IMG/VR virus record: IMGVR_UViG_3300033150_001833
Span: 1-59,808 of that record
DNA length: 59,808 bases
Strand: one strand, 5' to 3'
From: a virus
Lineage: Duplodnaviria > Caudoviricetes
A program made the position numbers and the translations under genes. Under the pieces are notes generated by a model. The model saw nothing but the letters and a program-made list of their open reading frames with translations, made no database searches and was not told where the DNA came from. Shown piece by piece: positions 45,798-55,603 of the stretch (the stretch's first letter is position 1; each line of letters opens with the position of its first letter).

Positions 45798-46121
45798 TTA
45801 GTTATTATTTCGTCTCTCAATTTCAGCCAACAAATCATCAGTCGAAAATTTAGCCAACGGATTGCTGCCGGCACCAACGGGGACATAATCCGGGACGTTA
45901 ATGCGTTTTCCCTTATTTTCTGCGATTTGTGCAGCGAGTTTGTATCTATCTGTGCGCAATGCACGCGGGTCATTGTTATTTTCCCATTGTTCAACCAACC
46001 AACACGCCAGACAGTCCATGCCTGCGGCACGTGCAACCTGCGCATCTCTGCTGGAACTTTTGCCGTAGAGTTGCATTTCGCCAACGTGTCCACAACCCCA
46101 TTCTGTTTTTGTCCATGCCAT
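45798..46121 (-). CDS. Hypothetical protein (CGH...CxxC)
   Basis: SD AGGAGGT. Confidence 0.65.
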   Translation of the reverse strand: MAWTKTEWGCGHVGEMQLYGKSSSRDAQVARAAGMDCLACWLVEQWENNNDPRALRTDRYKLAAQIAENKGKRINVPDYVPVGAGSNPLAKFSTDDLLAEIERRNNN

Positions 46122-46136
46122 TTTGTTACCTCCTGC

Positions 46137-46478
46137 TTACTTTATATTTTTCTTCCTTAAATTTTCCCCAATGTCTGCCCCTCTCAGGTGCGCTTCTCTC
46201 AAGTTTTCCTTATCCCTATTTGAGTCAGTAAACTCTTTGACTGTTTTTAATCCCCCATAAAAATACTGCTCACCATTGTTATAAAACGAATCATAAACTG
46301 CCTCACCATTATTATTATGAAAGGCGACCGTACCTACCAGAAAACCGTAGTCTCTCATAATTCGAGGCGGCACAACTTCAAGGAAATAAAAATATATTTC
46401 ATCGTTGATCTCATCTTCTGGGTTTACATACTTTCCGAAATCGCCACCTTGTTTTTTCCATCCATTAAGAGTTTTCAT
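46137..46478 (-). CDS. Hypothetical protein with pentapeptide-repeat remnant
   Basis: YFYFLEVVPP; C-terminal NLREAHLRGADI. Confidence 0.6.
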   Translation of the reverse strand: MKTLNGWKKQGGDFGKYVNPEDEINDEIYFYFLEVVPPRIMRDYGFLVGTVAFHNNNGEAVYDSFYNNGEQYFYGGLKTVKEFTDSNRDKENLREAHLRGADIGENLRKKNIK

Positions 46479-46495
46479 GTATCCTCCTTTCCCAG

Positions 46496-46690
46496 CTATT
46501 GATGGATCGTTGTGTTTGCCAGTTTCGATATCATTTTCGACGTTTTCCTGGCCATAATAAACTCATTTAATCCAATTTGATAAGCAACGGGATCACCTTT
46601 TTCTAATAAAAAGCTATAATCCTCAATTCCTGCCCTTCCTATCTCATCAAGATAATTATTATATAACTTCTTAATTTCCTCTTCATCCAT
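46496..46690 (-). CDS. Hypothetical protein
   Basis: SD AAGGAG. Confidence 0.6.
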   Translation of the reverse strand: MDEEEIKKLYNNYLDEIGRAGIEDYSFLLEKGDPVAYQIGLNEFIMARKTSKMISKLANTTIHQ

Positions 46691-46737
46691 TTTATTATCT
46701 CCTTTTCCCCGTTAAACCGAGTAATTAAAATGAAAAC

Positions 46738-46923
46738 TTATCTTAAATATTTTTTAATAATTACAAGTCGAGTATTGTCAGATTTTTTACATTTTTTATC
46801 CCTGCCTTTAAAAATAATATCAGCCAGCTCTAAAATACCATCCACAGTACCACCGGGAGAATCAATGTCTAATACAATACTAGTTATATAATCATGTATA
46901 ATAATAACATCCTTCTTCTTCAT
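46738..46923 (-). pseudogene. Fragment of S49/SppA-type peptidase
   Basis: IVLDIDSPGGTVDG..ELADII motif in a 61-aa ORF. Confidence 0.65.
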
Positions 46924-47014
46924 AATATACTTCCTAATCTTTTATAGTGTCAGGTTTACACAAGATTGACTCACATTCAGCATCAAACCTAATTGATGGC
47001 TTGTTTTATTATAC

Positions 47015-47728
47015 TTAATCTGCTGTTGGACGTGCAAACTCGTGATAATCGGCTCGGTTCCCAACCATGATTTTATACCAGCCGATTCCTTTTTGTGTCG
47101 GGTGCTGACGTTTCATGTGTCGCAATGTTGGATTATAAGCATAAATCTTTTTTCCGTTAAACCGGATCTCCCGGCTATATATATAATGAGAGTCAACGAT
47201 CTTTTGCATTCCGGTACGTATTTCAACGTTTTTTTTCGGTACTGATTTTACCGGAATCATGGCAACATCGCCATTGCGCAATATCGTACCAAGCTGTTCC
47301 GGTTTTATACCCCATATCCACGCCCTGGCTGCTTGAACAACATAATCAATTGAATCATCTTTTTTTATAGCAGCGTGAACCATATGAGCACTGATCGGGT
47401 GTGCAAAGGGGTTGCCATTTTCGTTATATCCGATCATAAAATAATTTTTTCGGATATTTGCATATCCGTTGGCATACCGTTTTTCATATTGCCGAACCTG
47501 GACAACGTACAATTTTTCCCGATGATCAATACCGTAAACATCAACATTGATGGATGAGCCCCGGCCTTTTCTATCGAATTCGGCGCCAGATTCCCAACCG
47601 CCATGTTCGTCAAATCCCTGGGATTCAATCGCTAAAATACAGTTTCGAGCGGCCTCATAATGATCCTGAGATTCTTTATCAACAGGTGGGATGATTTGAC
47701 CATAAAAACCACGTTCATATTGTTTCAT
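47015..47728 (-). CDS. Hypothetical protein
   Basis: 237 aa, hairpin-SD leader. Confidence 0.75.
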   Translation of the reverse strand: MKQYERGFYGQIIPPVDKESQDHYEAARNCILAIESQGFDEHGGWESGAEFDRKGRGSSINVDVYGIDHREKLYVVQVRQYEKRYANGYANIRKNYFMIGYNENGNPFAHPISAHMVHAAIKKDDSIDYVVQAARAWIWGIKPEQLGTILRNGDVAMIPVKSVPKKNVEIRTGMQKIVDSHYIYSREIRFNGKKIYAYNPTLRHMKRQHPTQKGIGWYKIMVGNRADYHEFARPTAD

Positions 47729-47766
47729 AATTTTTTTCCTTCCCCGGCCTGGACCGGAACCTATGA

Positions 47767-47961
47767 TTAATAAATGTTACCGATAATTGTATTAAATACT
47801 AAATGGCTTTCATCCAATAGATACGGCGGAACCTCTCTATTTGCAGCGATCCAACGATTAATTTCATTTTGTATTCTGTTATAGCGTTGACAATCCAATT
47901 TTGTTAATATTTTGCCGTTATATGCTCTATATCCTGGCGTTAATGTTTTTCGTGGTTTCAT
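47767..47961 (-). CDS. Hypothetical protein
   Basis: SD AGGAG. Confidence 0.6.
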   Translation of the reverse strand: MKPRKTLTPGYRAYNGKILTKLDCQRYNRIQNEINRWIAANREVPPYLLDESHLVFNTIIGNIY

Positions 47962-47972
47962 GTTATTATCTC

Positions 47973-48278
47973 CTAAAAGGAAGGCTTCAAGGTTTCTGTA
48001 AGCGGAACGCCTTTACCTTTTCTTGCGTTCTCAAAGGCTTCCTCGATCGTTTTCCCCCAATAAATGCTGTCCTCTGCACCTTCGCCAGGAGTAAACCAGC
48101 CCCGTGTTGTTGTTTTACCCTTTGCTTCTCCTCTTAATATAGTCCGATTACCCTGAAGCGGCTTAATGCCAACTTCTTCTAATCGTTTGCGAGCCCACCT
48201 TTCAGGGTTTATCAAATCAAGTTCCGCAAAAACGGGTTGATCAAACAGTGGAGCTGCTGGCTTAGACATAGTAAACAT
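47973..48278 (-). CDS. Hypothetical protein
   Basis: Start placed after the hairpin-SD leader. Confidence 0.6.
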   Translation of the reverse strand: MFTMSKPAAPLFDQPVFAELDLINPERWARKRLEEVGIKPLQGNRTILRGEAKGKTTTRGWFTPGEGAEDSIYWGKTIEEAFENARKGKGVPLTETLKPSF

Positions 48279-48307
48279 GATTTCCCCTTTCCCGGATTGT
48301 GCCAGTG

Positions 48308-48526
48308 TTATTTTTGTGTAGTTTTTTGTTTGCGTGTCAATGTGAAAACTTCCCCCCAGTCCCTGACACTCCATCCAGACAGGTTGGCATATCGGCGAAA
48401 ATTTTTTTCTGTTGTGAAAATTTCATTTTTATGCACATCCCAGCCGTGCTGTTGTGCATTTTGTTTCATGTTACCCAAATTTCCGAATGTTTCATTGTAA
48501 ATCCGTTGAAATTCATTTTGTTTCAT
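48308..48526 (-). CDS. Hypothetical protein
   Basis: GGGGGAAATCATG start context. Confidence 0.55.
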   Translation of the reverse strand: MKQNEFQRIYNETFGNLGNMKQNAQQHGWDVHKNEIFTTEKNFRRYANLSGWSVRDWGEVFTLTRKQKTTQK

Positions 48527-48566
48527 GATTTCCCCCATGTTTTAGGATTTCCATTTTCCCGAGTAA

Positions 48567-48875
48567 TTAAAATGAAAACTCATTTTGAATCTTCTTGAAC
48601 AATTCCAAGTCAAATGTTGCTGGTGGCTTTTCCCCATTTTCTACATTTGTCCAGTCCAGTTTATCAAGTTGTTTGACGGCACGATATAACTGCTCGATTG
48701 TTGCCGTTAGAATAATAGCAACCCCAGTAGGGATATGAGTTAAGGTTTTATATTTTTTATATTTCTCTTTATTAGTTATAAAATCATGTATGGCAAAAAT
48801 GCCTTTACATTTTGCATCAACAACCTTCTCCCCATCATGTGTTTGGATAGTGATTTTAGTATTTACCCATTTCAT
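48567..48875 (-). CDS. Hypothetical protein
   Basis: Start after the hairpin-SD leader; LTHIPTG motif. Confidence 0.6.
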   Translation of the reverse strand: MKWVNTKITIQTHDGEKVVDAKCKGIFAIHDFITNKEKYKKYKTLTHIPTGVAIILTATIEQLYRAVKQLDKLDWTNVENGEKPPATFDLELFKKIQNEFSF

Positions 48876-48939
48876 GATTTCCCCTTTCCCGGCTTGGACC
48901 GGAATTAATTGGCCGGCCCCGCCAAAGCGGGGCAGTTGT

Positions 48940-49215
48940 TTAGATCTCCAATTTCGCAATGTAATTAGCAACAATATCCGAGTCACAGTCGCGTTCATTG
49001 GTGATTAACCATTTAGCCGCAAATTCATCGCTGACCAATTCCCATGTCTCAGTAGTACCAGGGTACTGACTCCATGAATTCAACACCCATTTACCGAAAT
49101 GGGTCCTATAGAGTCCCTCATGATCAGTTTTTCGATCCCAGCCTTCATCGAAAAACTCAGCTTTATCTTTATCAAACCATCTTCCGCTATCATCCGTTAG
49201 CGCGATTCTTTTCAT
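48940..49215 (-). CDS. Hypothetical protein
   Basis: LYRT..GKWVL..WSQY motif. Confidence 0.65.
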   Translation of the reverse strand: MKRIALTDDSGRWFDKDKAEFFDEGWDRKTDHEGLYRTHFGKWVLNSWSQYPGTTETWELVSDEFAAKWLITNERDCDSDIVANYIAKLEI

Positions 49216-49227
49216 ACTTCCCCCTTT

Positions 49228-50454
49228 CTAACATCTCACACCCATAACTATGGACCGAAAATCTCCATCACTGAAGAATACAGGCTTTTCCTGATTAGTG
49301 ATTCCGATCTTGACTGTTTTTCCCACATGGTTGAGCGTCTTTTTAATACAAGCGGCGTCCATAAAAATTTGCACCTCTGGGCTCACAGACCCCTCTTTAA
49401 ACGGAAGCCTGCATTTCTGGTATTCGCCCTTGTCATAATCAGCGGCTTTTATACTTAGGTGCCCGTTAAATACAAACTCCGCAAGCTCACTGATCAGCAA
49501 TACCTGGTCTACAGACGCTTTTAAAACTTCGCCATCCACGATAATTTCATTTTCGCTCTTGGCTTCCAGGATGCCGATATATGACGGAAAATCTACATCG
49601 ACATTACGGAATATAACGCTTAGGTTGTCGCGGGAAAACATAACATGTGCGTTGTTGTGTGCAACGCTTATTGTATAATCGTCTGCTCCCGCCATCTTCC
49701 CCAAAACCCGCAAACCGCGGGCTTTTAATGTCAGATTATCCTGACACTTAAACTTCAACGCTTGCACATGTAGACCTGCCCCATCAGTGGCAACCATCTG
49801 CTGCTCTTTCGAATCAAACAAAACCACCTGATAATGAGGTCTGCACTCTCCCAAATTACACCTATCGGCTACACTCGCCAATGACTTCGCCGATACGTGC
49901 CCCACGTTATCCCATCCGTGAATTTCCGGTATAATTGGAAATTCCTCCGGATTTTCCAGTGGAATTTTCCTGAAATGTTCTCCAACTGACAACATATCCA
50001 TCTCTGGCTGGAGTTCTATTGTCTCACCTTTTTCTGAAGAAACGATTTTTAGAAGCAATCCCGGATTAATCAGAAAACTTTCTTCTGTCTTTATTTTGGA
50101 TAAACGGTTCTCTTCTGTTTGAGCGGATGCTGCAGAAGCCTCAAAAATTGCTCTGACCATATCTTTTTTCTTTTTTCCAGCCAAAACCCCTGCATATTCA
50201 CATAAATTCCTCAGCTGGGGAACTGTCAGCTCGGCGAGATCTTCTTCAATGGGATGAATCACAGTATTATTGATATCCCGCTGATAATCTCCCAGACAAA
50301 TGGAAACCTCGGCGAAAGTGCTCAAATCCGTGGCCTGAATTTTTTGGCCCGGGCCATCAATATATACGTTTTTAGTAATTGGAAACGAACTTCCATCTGT
50401 AAAACCCTTGATTGTTTTTAGAGCTTTAATTAACTCAAGTCTATCTGCTTTCAT
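49228..50454 (-). CDS. DNA polymerase III beta (sliding clamp)-like protein with SAP-like insertion
   Basis: IQATDL, EEFP, MVATDG, FPSY, IVMGVR; inserted LTVPQLRNLC...KKKDMV. Confidence 0.75.
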   Translation of the reverse strand: MKADRLELIKALKTIKGFTDGSSFPITKNVYIDGPGQKIQATDLSTFAEVSICLGDYQRDINNTVIHPIEEDLAELTVPQLRNLCEYAGVLAGKKKKDMVRAIFEASAASAQTEENRLSKIKTEESFLINPGLLLKIVSSEKGETIELQPEMDMLSVGEHFRKIPLENPEEFPIIPEIHGWDNVGHVSAKSLASVADRCNLGECRPHYQVVLFDSKEQQMVATDGAGLHVQALKFKCQDNLTLKARGLRVLGKMAGADDYTISVAHNNAHVMFSRDNLSVIFRNVDVDFPSYIGILEAKSENEIIVDGEVLKASVDQVLLISELAEFVFNGHLSIKAADYDKGEYQKCRLPFKEGSVSPEVQIFMDAACIKKTLNHVGKTVKIGITNQEKPVFFSDGDFRSIVMGVRC

Positions 50455-50458
50455 ATAT

Positions 50459-50917
50459 TTACCTCCTTGTTTGTATACCGGCGAGACTGCCGGCGTCACT
50501 ATTTGCACCTACAATTACATGATCATGCATAGATGCCCCTATCACATCTGTTGCTATTGATATTAGTTTCGTTATCATCACATCTTCCTTGGAAGGCGCT
50601 GGGTCACCAGATGGATGGTTATGGCTACACACAATCCCTGTGGCTTGCGTTGCTATAATTTTCTTAACGATTTCTCGTGGATATACGGCAGCGTTGCCAA
50701 TAGTACCTGTGAACATCTTAGTGATATCCAAAATCTTGGTTTTAGTATCCATAAATATAACCCAAAATTGCTCCACATCCGGCTCGGCTGCCATCAGTGG
50801 CTTCATCGTATTAAAAACTTCTTTCGATGTTCTTATGGTTTCGCCGCGGGTATTTTCTTTCACCATGTTAGCGAACTTACCCGTGACTAAGTCACGGTAA
50901 AACCGTTTTTTGTTCAT
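50459..50917 (-). CDS. RadC-like JAB domain protein
   Basis: VYPREIVK, SHNHPSGDPAPSKED, HDHVIVG. Confidence 0.9.
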   Translation of the reverse strand: MNKKRFYRDLVTGKFANMVKENTRGETIRTSKEVFNTMKPLMAAEPDVEQFWVIFMDTKTKILDITKMFTGTIGNAAVYPREIVKKIIATQATGIVCSHNHPSGDPAPSKEDVMITKLISIATDVIGASMHDHVIVGANSDAGSLAGIQTRR

Positions 50918-50935
50918 TATTTTCCTCCAGTAAGT

Positions 50936-50963
50936 GCAGCCAGCCTATGGCTGGGCTGGCTGC
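50936..50963. terminator. GC-rich intergenic hairpin
   Basis: gcagccagcc-tatggctg-ggctggctgc. Confidence 0.4.
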
Positions 50964-50979
50964 TGTGAAGACACAGGGG

Positions 50980-51162
50980 CTATTTTTTATAAATATTCAA
51001 ACCCATAATAGCGTCGGTGCCTTCTATGGGCTTGTTCCCCTTTGTGCTGGCTATAATTGTTGTTTTGCCAGACTTGGACTTCCCGAAATCTTTTGCAAGA
51101 TCAACTTCGATGATTAATTTTGTACCTTTTACTGTTGATTTCACATTCATCATGGTTTTCAC
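50980..51162 (-). CDS. Small conserved basic protein
   Basis: GKSKSGKTTIIASTKGN; SD AAGGAGGT. Confidence 0.7.
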   Translation of the reverse strand: MKTMMNVKSTVKGTKLIIEVDLAKDFGKSKSGKTTIIASTKGNKPIEGTDAIMGLNIYKK

Positions 51163-51319
51163 CTCCTTTTTTTCTTGACATTGATTATTCCGTGATATAT
51201 TCTCTCATTATGAAACTTCAAACATTCCAAGACGAAATTCACAAGGAGTCAAACAACACCCCGCAAAGTAGTAAAAAACGCCAAAATGTTGACGTTTAGT
51301 CAATCCTTCTAACTTACCG

Positions 51320-51640
51320 AAATAACTCAATGAGTAAGATGAGTAAGAGTGAGTAAGAACTTTTTGAAAGTTCTTACTCATGCATAACCTCTTGATATTA
51401 TTAGAAAAAACACCCACTTTTTTTCAAACCTAAAAAAGAAGTTACTCACACTTAACCTTCAGATATCCTTGGGAAAAATCGCAAAAAATCGCAAATGAGT
51501 AACTTAATAGAGGAATTTTTGTCGAAATTTTGCTAGAGTAAGATACTCTCTTACTCATGAATGATTTCAATAGGTTACGTGATGAAGTGTCTTACTCTTA
51601 TATACTCATCTTACTCATTGAATAATTTCAGTGAGTTATA
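51320..51640. repeat. Cluster of GAGTAAG/CTTACTC repeats in a non-coding region (origin-like)
   Basis: About 10 copies in both orientations. Confidence 0.6.
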
Positions 51641-51920
51641 AGTTTTTTGGTCGGTTTTAGTGAGCGTACGCTCACTATAGAAAAAAAACGTAAAAAAAAT
51701 TTCCGAAAGGGGTCAGATCTACGCTTAGTGTGAACTTTGACTAGTTTCGGCGGTTTTTTTTCACATAAAGGATAGTCATCGGCGTTTTGATTTGCGTCTC
51801 GGTCGTTTTTTAGAACTCAAAAATTACATCTTCCCTATATATAGGAAAATTCTGTGAAATGTAATAATTTCAGGGGGTTAGATAAATTGTTTAGGTGACA
51901 CTTCTCGAAAATAGCAGTAA

Positions 51921-52055
51921 TTACAACAGGTTGTGTTTTAATTTATAGATTTTTTCGAGCATTCCGTTGCTTGAAAGAATAAATTTATCCAGTTTGGTTA
52001 ATTGATTTGGTTTTTTATTGAGCAAACTGAAATATTGGTTCTCGATGTAGTCCAT
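51921..52055 (-). CDS. 44-aa hypothetical protein (not in ORF track)
   Basis: SD TAGGAGGA; MDYIENQYF... Confidence 0.5.
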   Translation of the reverse strand: MDYIENQYFSLLNKKPNQLTKLDKFILSSNGMLEKIYKLKHNLL

Positions 52056-52150
52056 AATAATCCTCCTAATGGTGATCAAACCGGGCGGGGAAACAATTCC
52101 CCCGTCCGGTGATAGAGCCGAGTGAGCAACAACTCGGCGGAGGGCCGATG

Positions 52151-53071
52151 TTAAATTACGGCTGATTTTTCTCTGGCTTTGAAGGCTTTTAGTTCTGCTA
52201 GAAGTTTATTGGCGATTTTTTCCATGGTTTTGGCGGTTTTTTCAATTTGTTCTGTTTTTGCTGCATTTGCAGCGATTAATAATTCTGTTTTACTGGTTAA
52301 TAGCGGTGAACTTGCTACCGTTGTCATACATTTAAATATTTTTCCAAACAGGACCCTGGCGTCCTTCTTTTCTTTCCCAGTGGTCGTTCGTAGGGCTTGT
52401 GAAAATACGTCGAGCTGCATTGTAGCAGTGACGTATGCTCTGATTTTTGTGAGCATTGCATCGCTTGTTTTGCCGTTGACGCACCACTCATATGCGTGTA
52501 TATGTTGCCGGGCTGGCAGGCTCGCAATTTTTCGCGCCACAACTTTCGGTAATTTCCCGGAATCCCACGCTGCTTTGATATTCGCAGGCAGCGTAAGAAT
52601 CGGCAAATCTGCCTTAATTGTTTCTGCGGAAATGCCAAAGGCTTTGGCACATTCTTCCACTGAAAAATTTTCTAACAGTCTGGAAATACTTTCCAGTGTT
52701 TCCAATGGACCCATCTCTAACCGCATTACATTATCCATTATTTGGTTCTTTAGGATTTCCCCCGATTCCGTGAAGTCTCGGACGATGCAATCGACAGTGA
52801 ACTCACCATCATCATAAGACCATCCGTGTTTTGGCTTCCCGTCCCAATATTCTTTAATGAATAGGAATGAGGTCCACCTACATTCTCCATTGATAATGAT
52901 GAAACCTCCATCATCAGGATTTTCTCTAACGATGATTGGATTGTTCAATCCTTCATTAGCGATACTTTCTGCTAATGCCCTTAGATGGGCTTCGGGTTTG
53001 TTTTTTCTTGGCTGATTTGGGTCTGGCACTAAGTCAGATATTTTAATTTTTTCCATGGGATTGCCCTCCAT
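52151..53071 (-). CDS. ParB-family protein
   Basis: PDPNQPRK, LAESIANEGLNNPIIVR, IINGECRW, HTH. Confidence 0.85.
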   Translation of the reverse strand: MEGNPMEKIKISDLVPDPNQPRKNKPEAHLRALAESIANEGLNNPIIVRENPDDGGFIIINGECRWTSFLFIKEYWDGKPKHGWSYDDGEFTVDCIVRDFTESGEILKNQIMDNVMRLEMGPLETLESISRLLENFSVEECAKAFGISAETIKADLPILTLPANIKAAWDSGKLPKVVARKIASLPARQHIHAYEWCVNGKTSDAMLTKIRAYVTATMQLDVFSQALRTTTGKEKKDARVLFGKIFKCMTTVASSPLLTSKTELLIAANAAKTEQIEKTAKTMEKIANKLLAELKAFKAREKSAVI

Positions 53072-53279
53072 AGTTGAATTATGGTTTTCTTATGAAAACC
53101 GATGGCGGGCAAAACTTTCGTCATCGCTTTCCATAGATAGGGCAGATTTTCCTATGGTTTTTTTCTTAAAGCAGGCCGGCAATGAACCGGCCTGCAAAGA
53201 GGTTGAAATTAAGACTGATATTTTCCAGACAATACTTAAGATGGTGGGGATGAATATATTTTCCAAGCCCTTCTGCTTA

Positions 53280-53940
53280 GGTTAACTTCCTGCCCATTAT
53301 GCCCGGCTCGAATAACAACACCTTTAGCTTTATCGGCGCTCGGGTACACAAAATATATTCAACCCGGATGTTACCATCCAGTATGTGACCGGAAAATCCA
53401 GCCGCTTACGATTGACCCCATAAGCGAGGCCCCGCCTTTTAAAATGTTGTGGGATCATTGAGGGTCTTTCGCCCACAGTCAGCACGGTATTAATGTGCAA
53501 CTGGTTAGGCATGATAAGCCTAACCCCGTTAATGTGATAGGCACACAGTCCGCTGTTTTGGGTCAGAGGACAACCACCTCGTCGCAAGAAACCCATAAAA
53601 AACAGAGTTCCTTCCAGGGCAAGCCCGACGTTGCTATACCCATCTCACTTCTGCCATATAATGGCCAATATTATCCGTATTCCAGGCTCCTAACAACATG
53701 ATATCGCAAGACAATTCATCGTTAGGCATATTCATAAGGTTAGCATCATGGCCAGTGTTCCGGCTCCGCTGTCTTACATCCCAGTCCCGAGTGACACGCC
53801 AGCCTAATAAAAATCAATTACAGGCGGGCTAATATCGAAAATATGGGGACTTCGGCCATATAGTCGATATCTTAGTCATACAAATTACAAACCTGAATAT
53901 GGGCAGGTTAGAGCCTATTCAGTGCGTGATTTGTACTGGC
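53280..53940 (+). ncRNA. Possible large structured non-coding RNA
   Basis: Dense hairpins, GCAA and CTTCGG loops, no credible ORF. Confidence 0.35.
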
Positions 53941-53967
53941 TGATAAATCATAGATGTCTAAGACAGA

Positions 53968-54100
53968 TATCCAAGATGTCTATCCAAGATATCTATCCAA
54001 GATATCTATCCAAGATATCTATCCAAGATATCTATCCAAGATATCTATCCAAGATGTCTATCCAAGATGTCTATCCAAGATGTCTATCCAAGATGTCTAT
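53968..54100 (+). repeat. 13-bp tandem repeat GATRTCTATCCAA, 9 full copies + partials
   Basis: Directly visible. Confidence 0.95.
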
Positions 54101-54281
54101 AACATCTATTTTTTTTGAATTCACAAAAATTAAAAAACTTTTTTTGCTTCTCACAAACATAGACGGAAAAACCTATTTTTTTACCAATTTTTTTTAATCT
54201 TTTTTACTTTTAATTTTTAGTCGAATGAAATCAATAGGTTATGGCAGAAAAAAAAATAAATAAAAAAAACGAAAAAAAAGC

Positions 54282-54310
54282 TTGACATCCAGTCAATTAA
54301 TGTATATAAT
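54282..54310 (+). promoter_or_regulatory. Consensus sigma70 promoter
   Basis: TTGACA-N17-TATAAT with A-tract upstream. Confidence 0.85.
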
Positions 54311-54369
54311 ATTATATATGGTAAAAATATTTAATATTATCAACCATCTATAAAAAAGGGGGGCATGAC

Positions 54370-55308
54370 ATGAAGGCGAAAAAATACTATCAGTACGATG
54401 AAAAAGGCAATGGAGCGCAAATCACAGACACGCAAACCATTGAAATTCTTAGACTTTACGAAAAAAAGATAAGAAACGCCAGTCCACTAAAACAAGCGGT
54501 CTTACAAGAAACTGCAATAAAATTAATGAGTTATAATAACATCGGGGAGGGAAAAATAGAAAACCTTTGGAACAAAATCGAACGGAATACTACAGTTGAT
54601 AAGTGGCGCAACAGCGAAAAAGATAATCATATCACGGAGTTGTGGGATGATTATACTGCTGAGCAGCGGTTTACACTGGGGTATTGCGACTATCGCGATA
54701 TTGTGCAGTATATATGTAGTAGATTGACAAATGCGGAATGCCAAATATTTGCGCAGTATCACGTTGCGGGAAAAAAACAAGATGTTGTTGCTAAAAAAAT
54801 GGGGGTATCACAACAAACGATATCCAATCATATCAGGAGGTTGAACGCCAAATTACATAGAATGAAAATTAAAGAGCTGTACAGGATAGATTATGTTGCG
54901 CCTGTCAATCGTGATAAGAAAATGCCCCAATATCGTGATGCTAAACTAGTTGATGCTGCCCCCGTTCAGCGTGAACAGGGACCATGGCGGGGGAAGGTGT
55001 GTTATATATATAGTATGCCAGTCAGCCAAAAGAAAAAGTATGAAAACAGACAGGTCAAATATGTTGCTCCAAAAAAAGTCCATAACATGGAGCAACTCCC
55101 AGACAATTTTGTGCCGACCGAATATTTTGCGCCAACACGCCCAAAGTCGGAATATGATTGTATTGACATCACTCCAGTTGTCTACGGCAAACGTGGCGTT
55201 AGGTATGTTGTGAGAAAAAGATCGATATCGTTTCAGGGTGATTTGAATAACAGATATGGCGCGTGTTACAATTACGGCAAAATGAGTCGATTCTACCAGA
55301 CACCATAA
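54370..55308 (+). CDS. Sigma-70 region-4-like HTH protein
   Basis: LTNAECQIF...KQDVVAKKMGVSQQTISNHIRR. Confidence 0.7.
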   Translation: MKAKKYYQYDEKGNGAQITDTQTIEILRLYEKKIRNASPLKQAVLQETAIKLMSYNNIGEGKIENLWNKIERNTTVDKWRNSEKDNHITELWDDYTAEQRFTLGYCDYRDIVQYICSRLTNAECQIFAQYHVAGKKQDVVAKKMGVSQQTISNHIRRLNAKLHRMKIKELYRIDYVAPVNRDKKMPQYRDAKLVDAAPVQREQGPWRGKVCYIYSMPVSQKKKYENRQVKYVAPKKVHNMEQLPDNFVPTEYFAPTRPKSEYDCIDITPVVYGKRGVRYVVRKRSISFQGDLNNRYGACYNYGKMSRFYQTP

Positions 55309-55316
55309 TATAATAT

Positions 55317-55355
55317 ATAAGGTGATATGCTTCTGCATATCACCTTATTTTTTTT
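55317..55355 (+). terminator. Rho-independent terminator
   Basis: 14-bp stem ATAAGGTGATATGC/GCATATCACCTTAT + T run. Confidence 0.85.
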
Positions 55356-55418
55356 GAGCACCTTATTAGTAATGATTACTATTAGCGTTTACGGCTTTCA
55401 GTGCACCTGTCACTATTT

Positions 55419-55603
55419 GTTATACTAATAGTCATACTATTAGTCATACCGTCCGTCATACCGTCCGTCATACCATTTGTCATACCATTAGTCATACCGT
55501 CTGTCATACTATTTATCATACCGTTTTGTCATACTATCTATCATACCATTTTGTCATACCATTTTGTCATACCATTTTGTCATACTATTTATCATACCAT
55601 TAG
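55419..55603 (+). repeat. 12-13-bp tandem repeat (RTCATACY core) ~15 copies, flanked by a ~27-bp direct repeat
   Basis: accttattagtaatgRttactattagc at ~55360 and ~55644. Confidence 0.9.

Noticed and set aside
53280-53940. Group I or group II intron
   Set aside because: No domain V or matched P7 pair recognised; does not interrupt a gene
53968-55603. Tandem arrays as CRISPR
   Set aside because: Units are 12-13 bp and contiguous with no unique spacers; no cas genes are present
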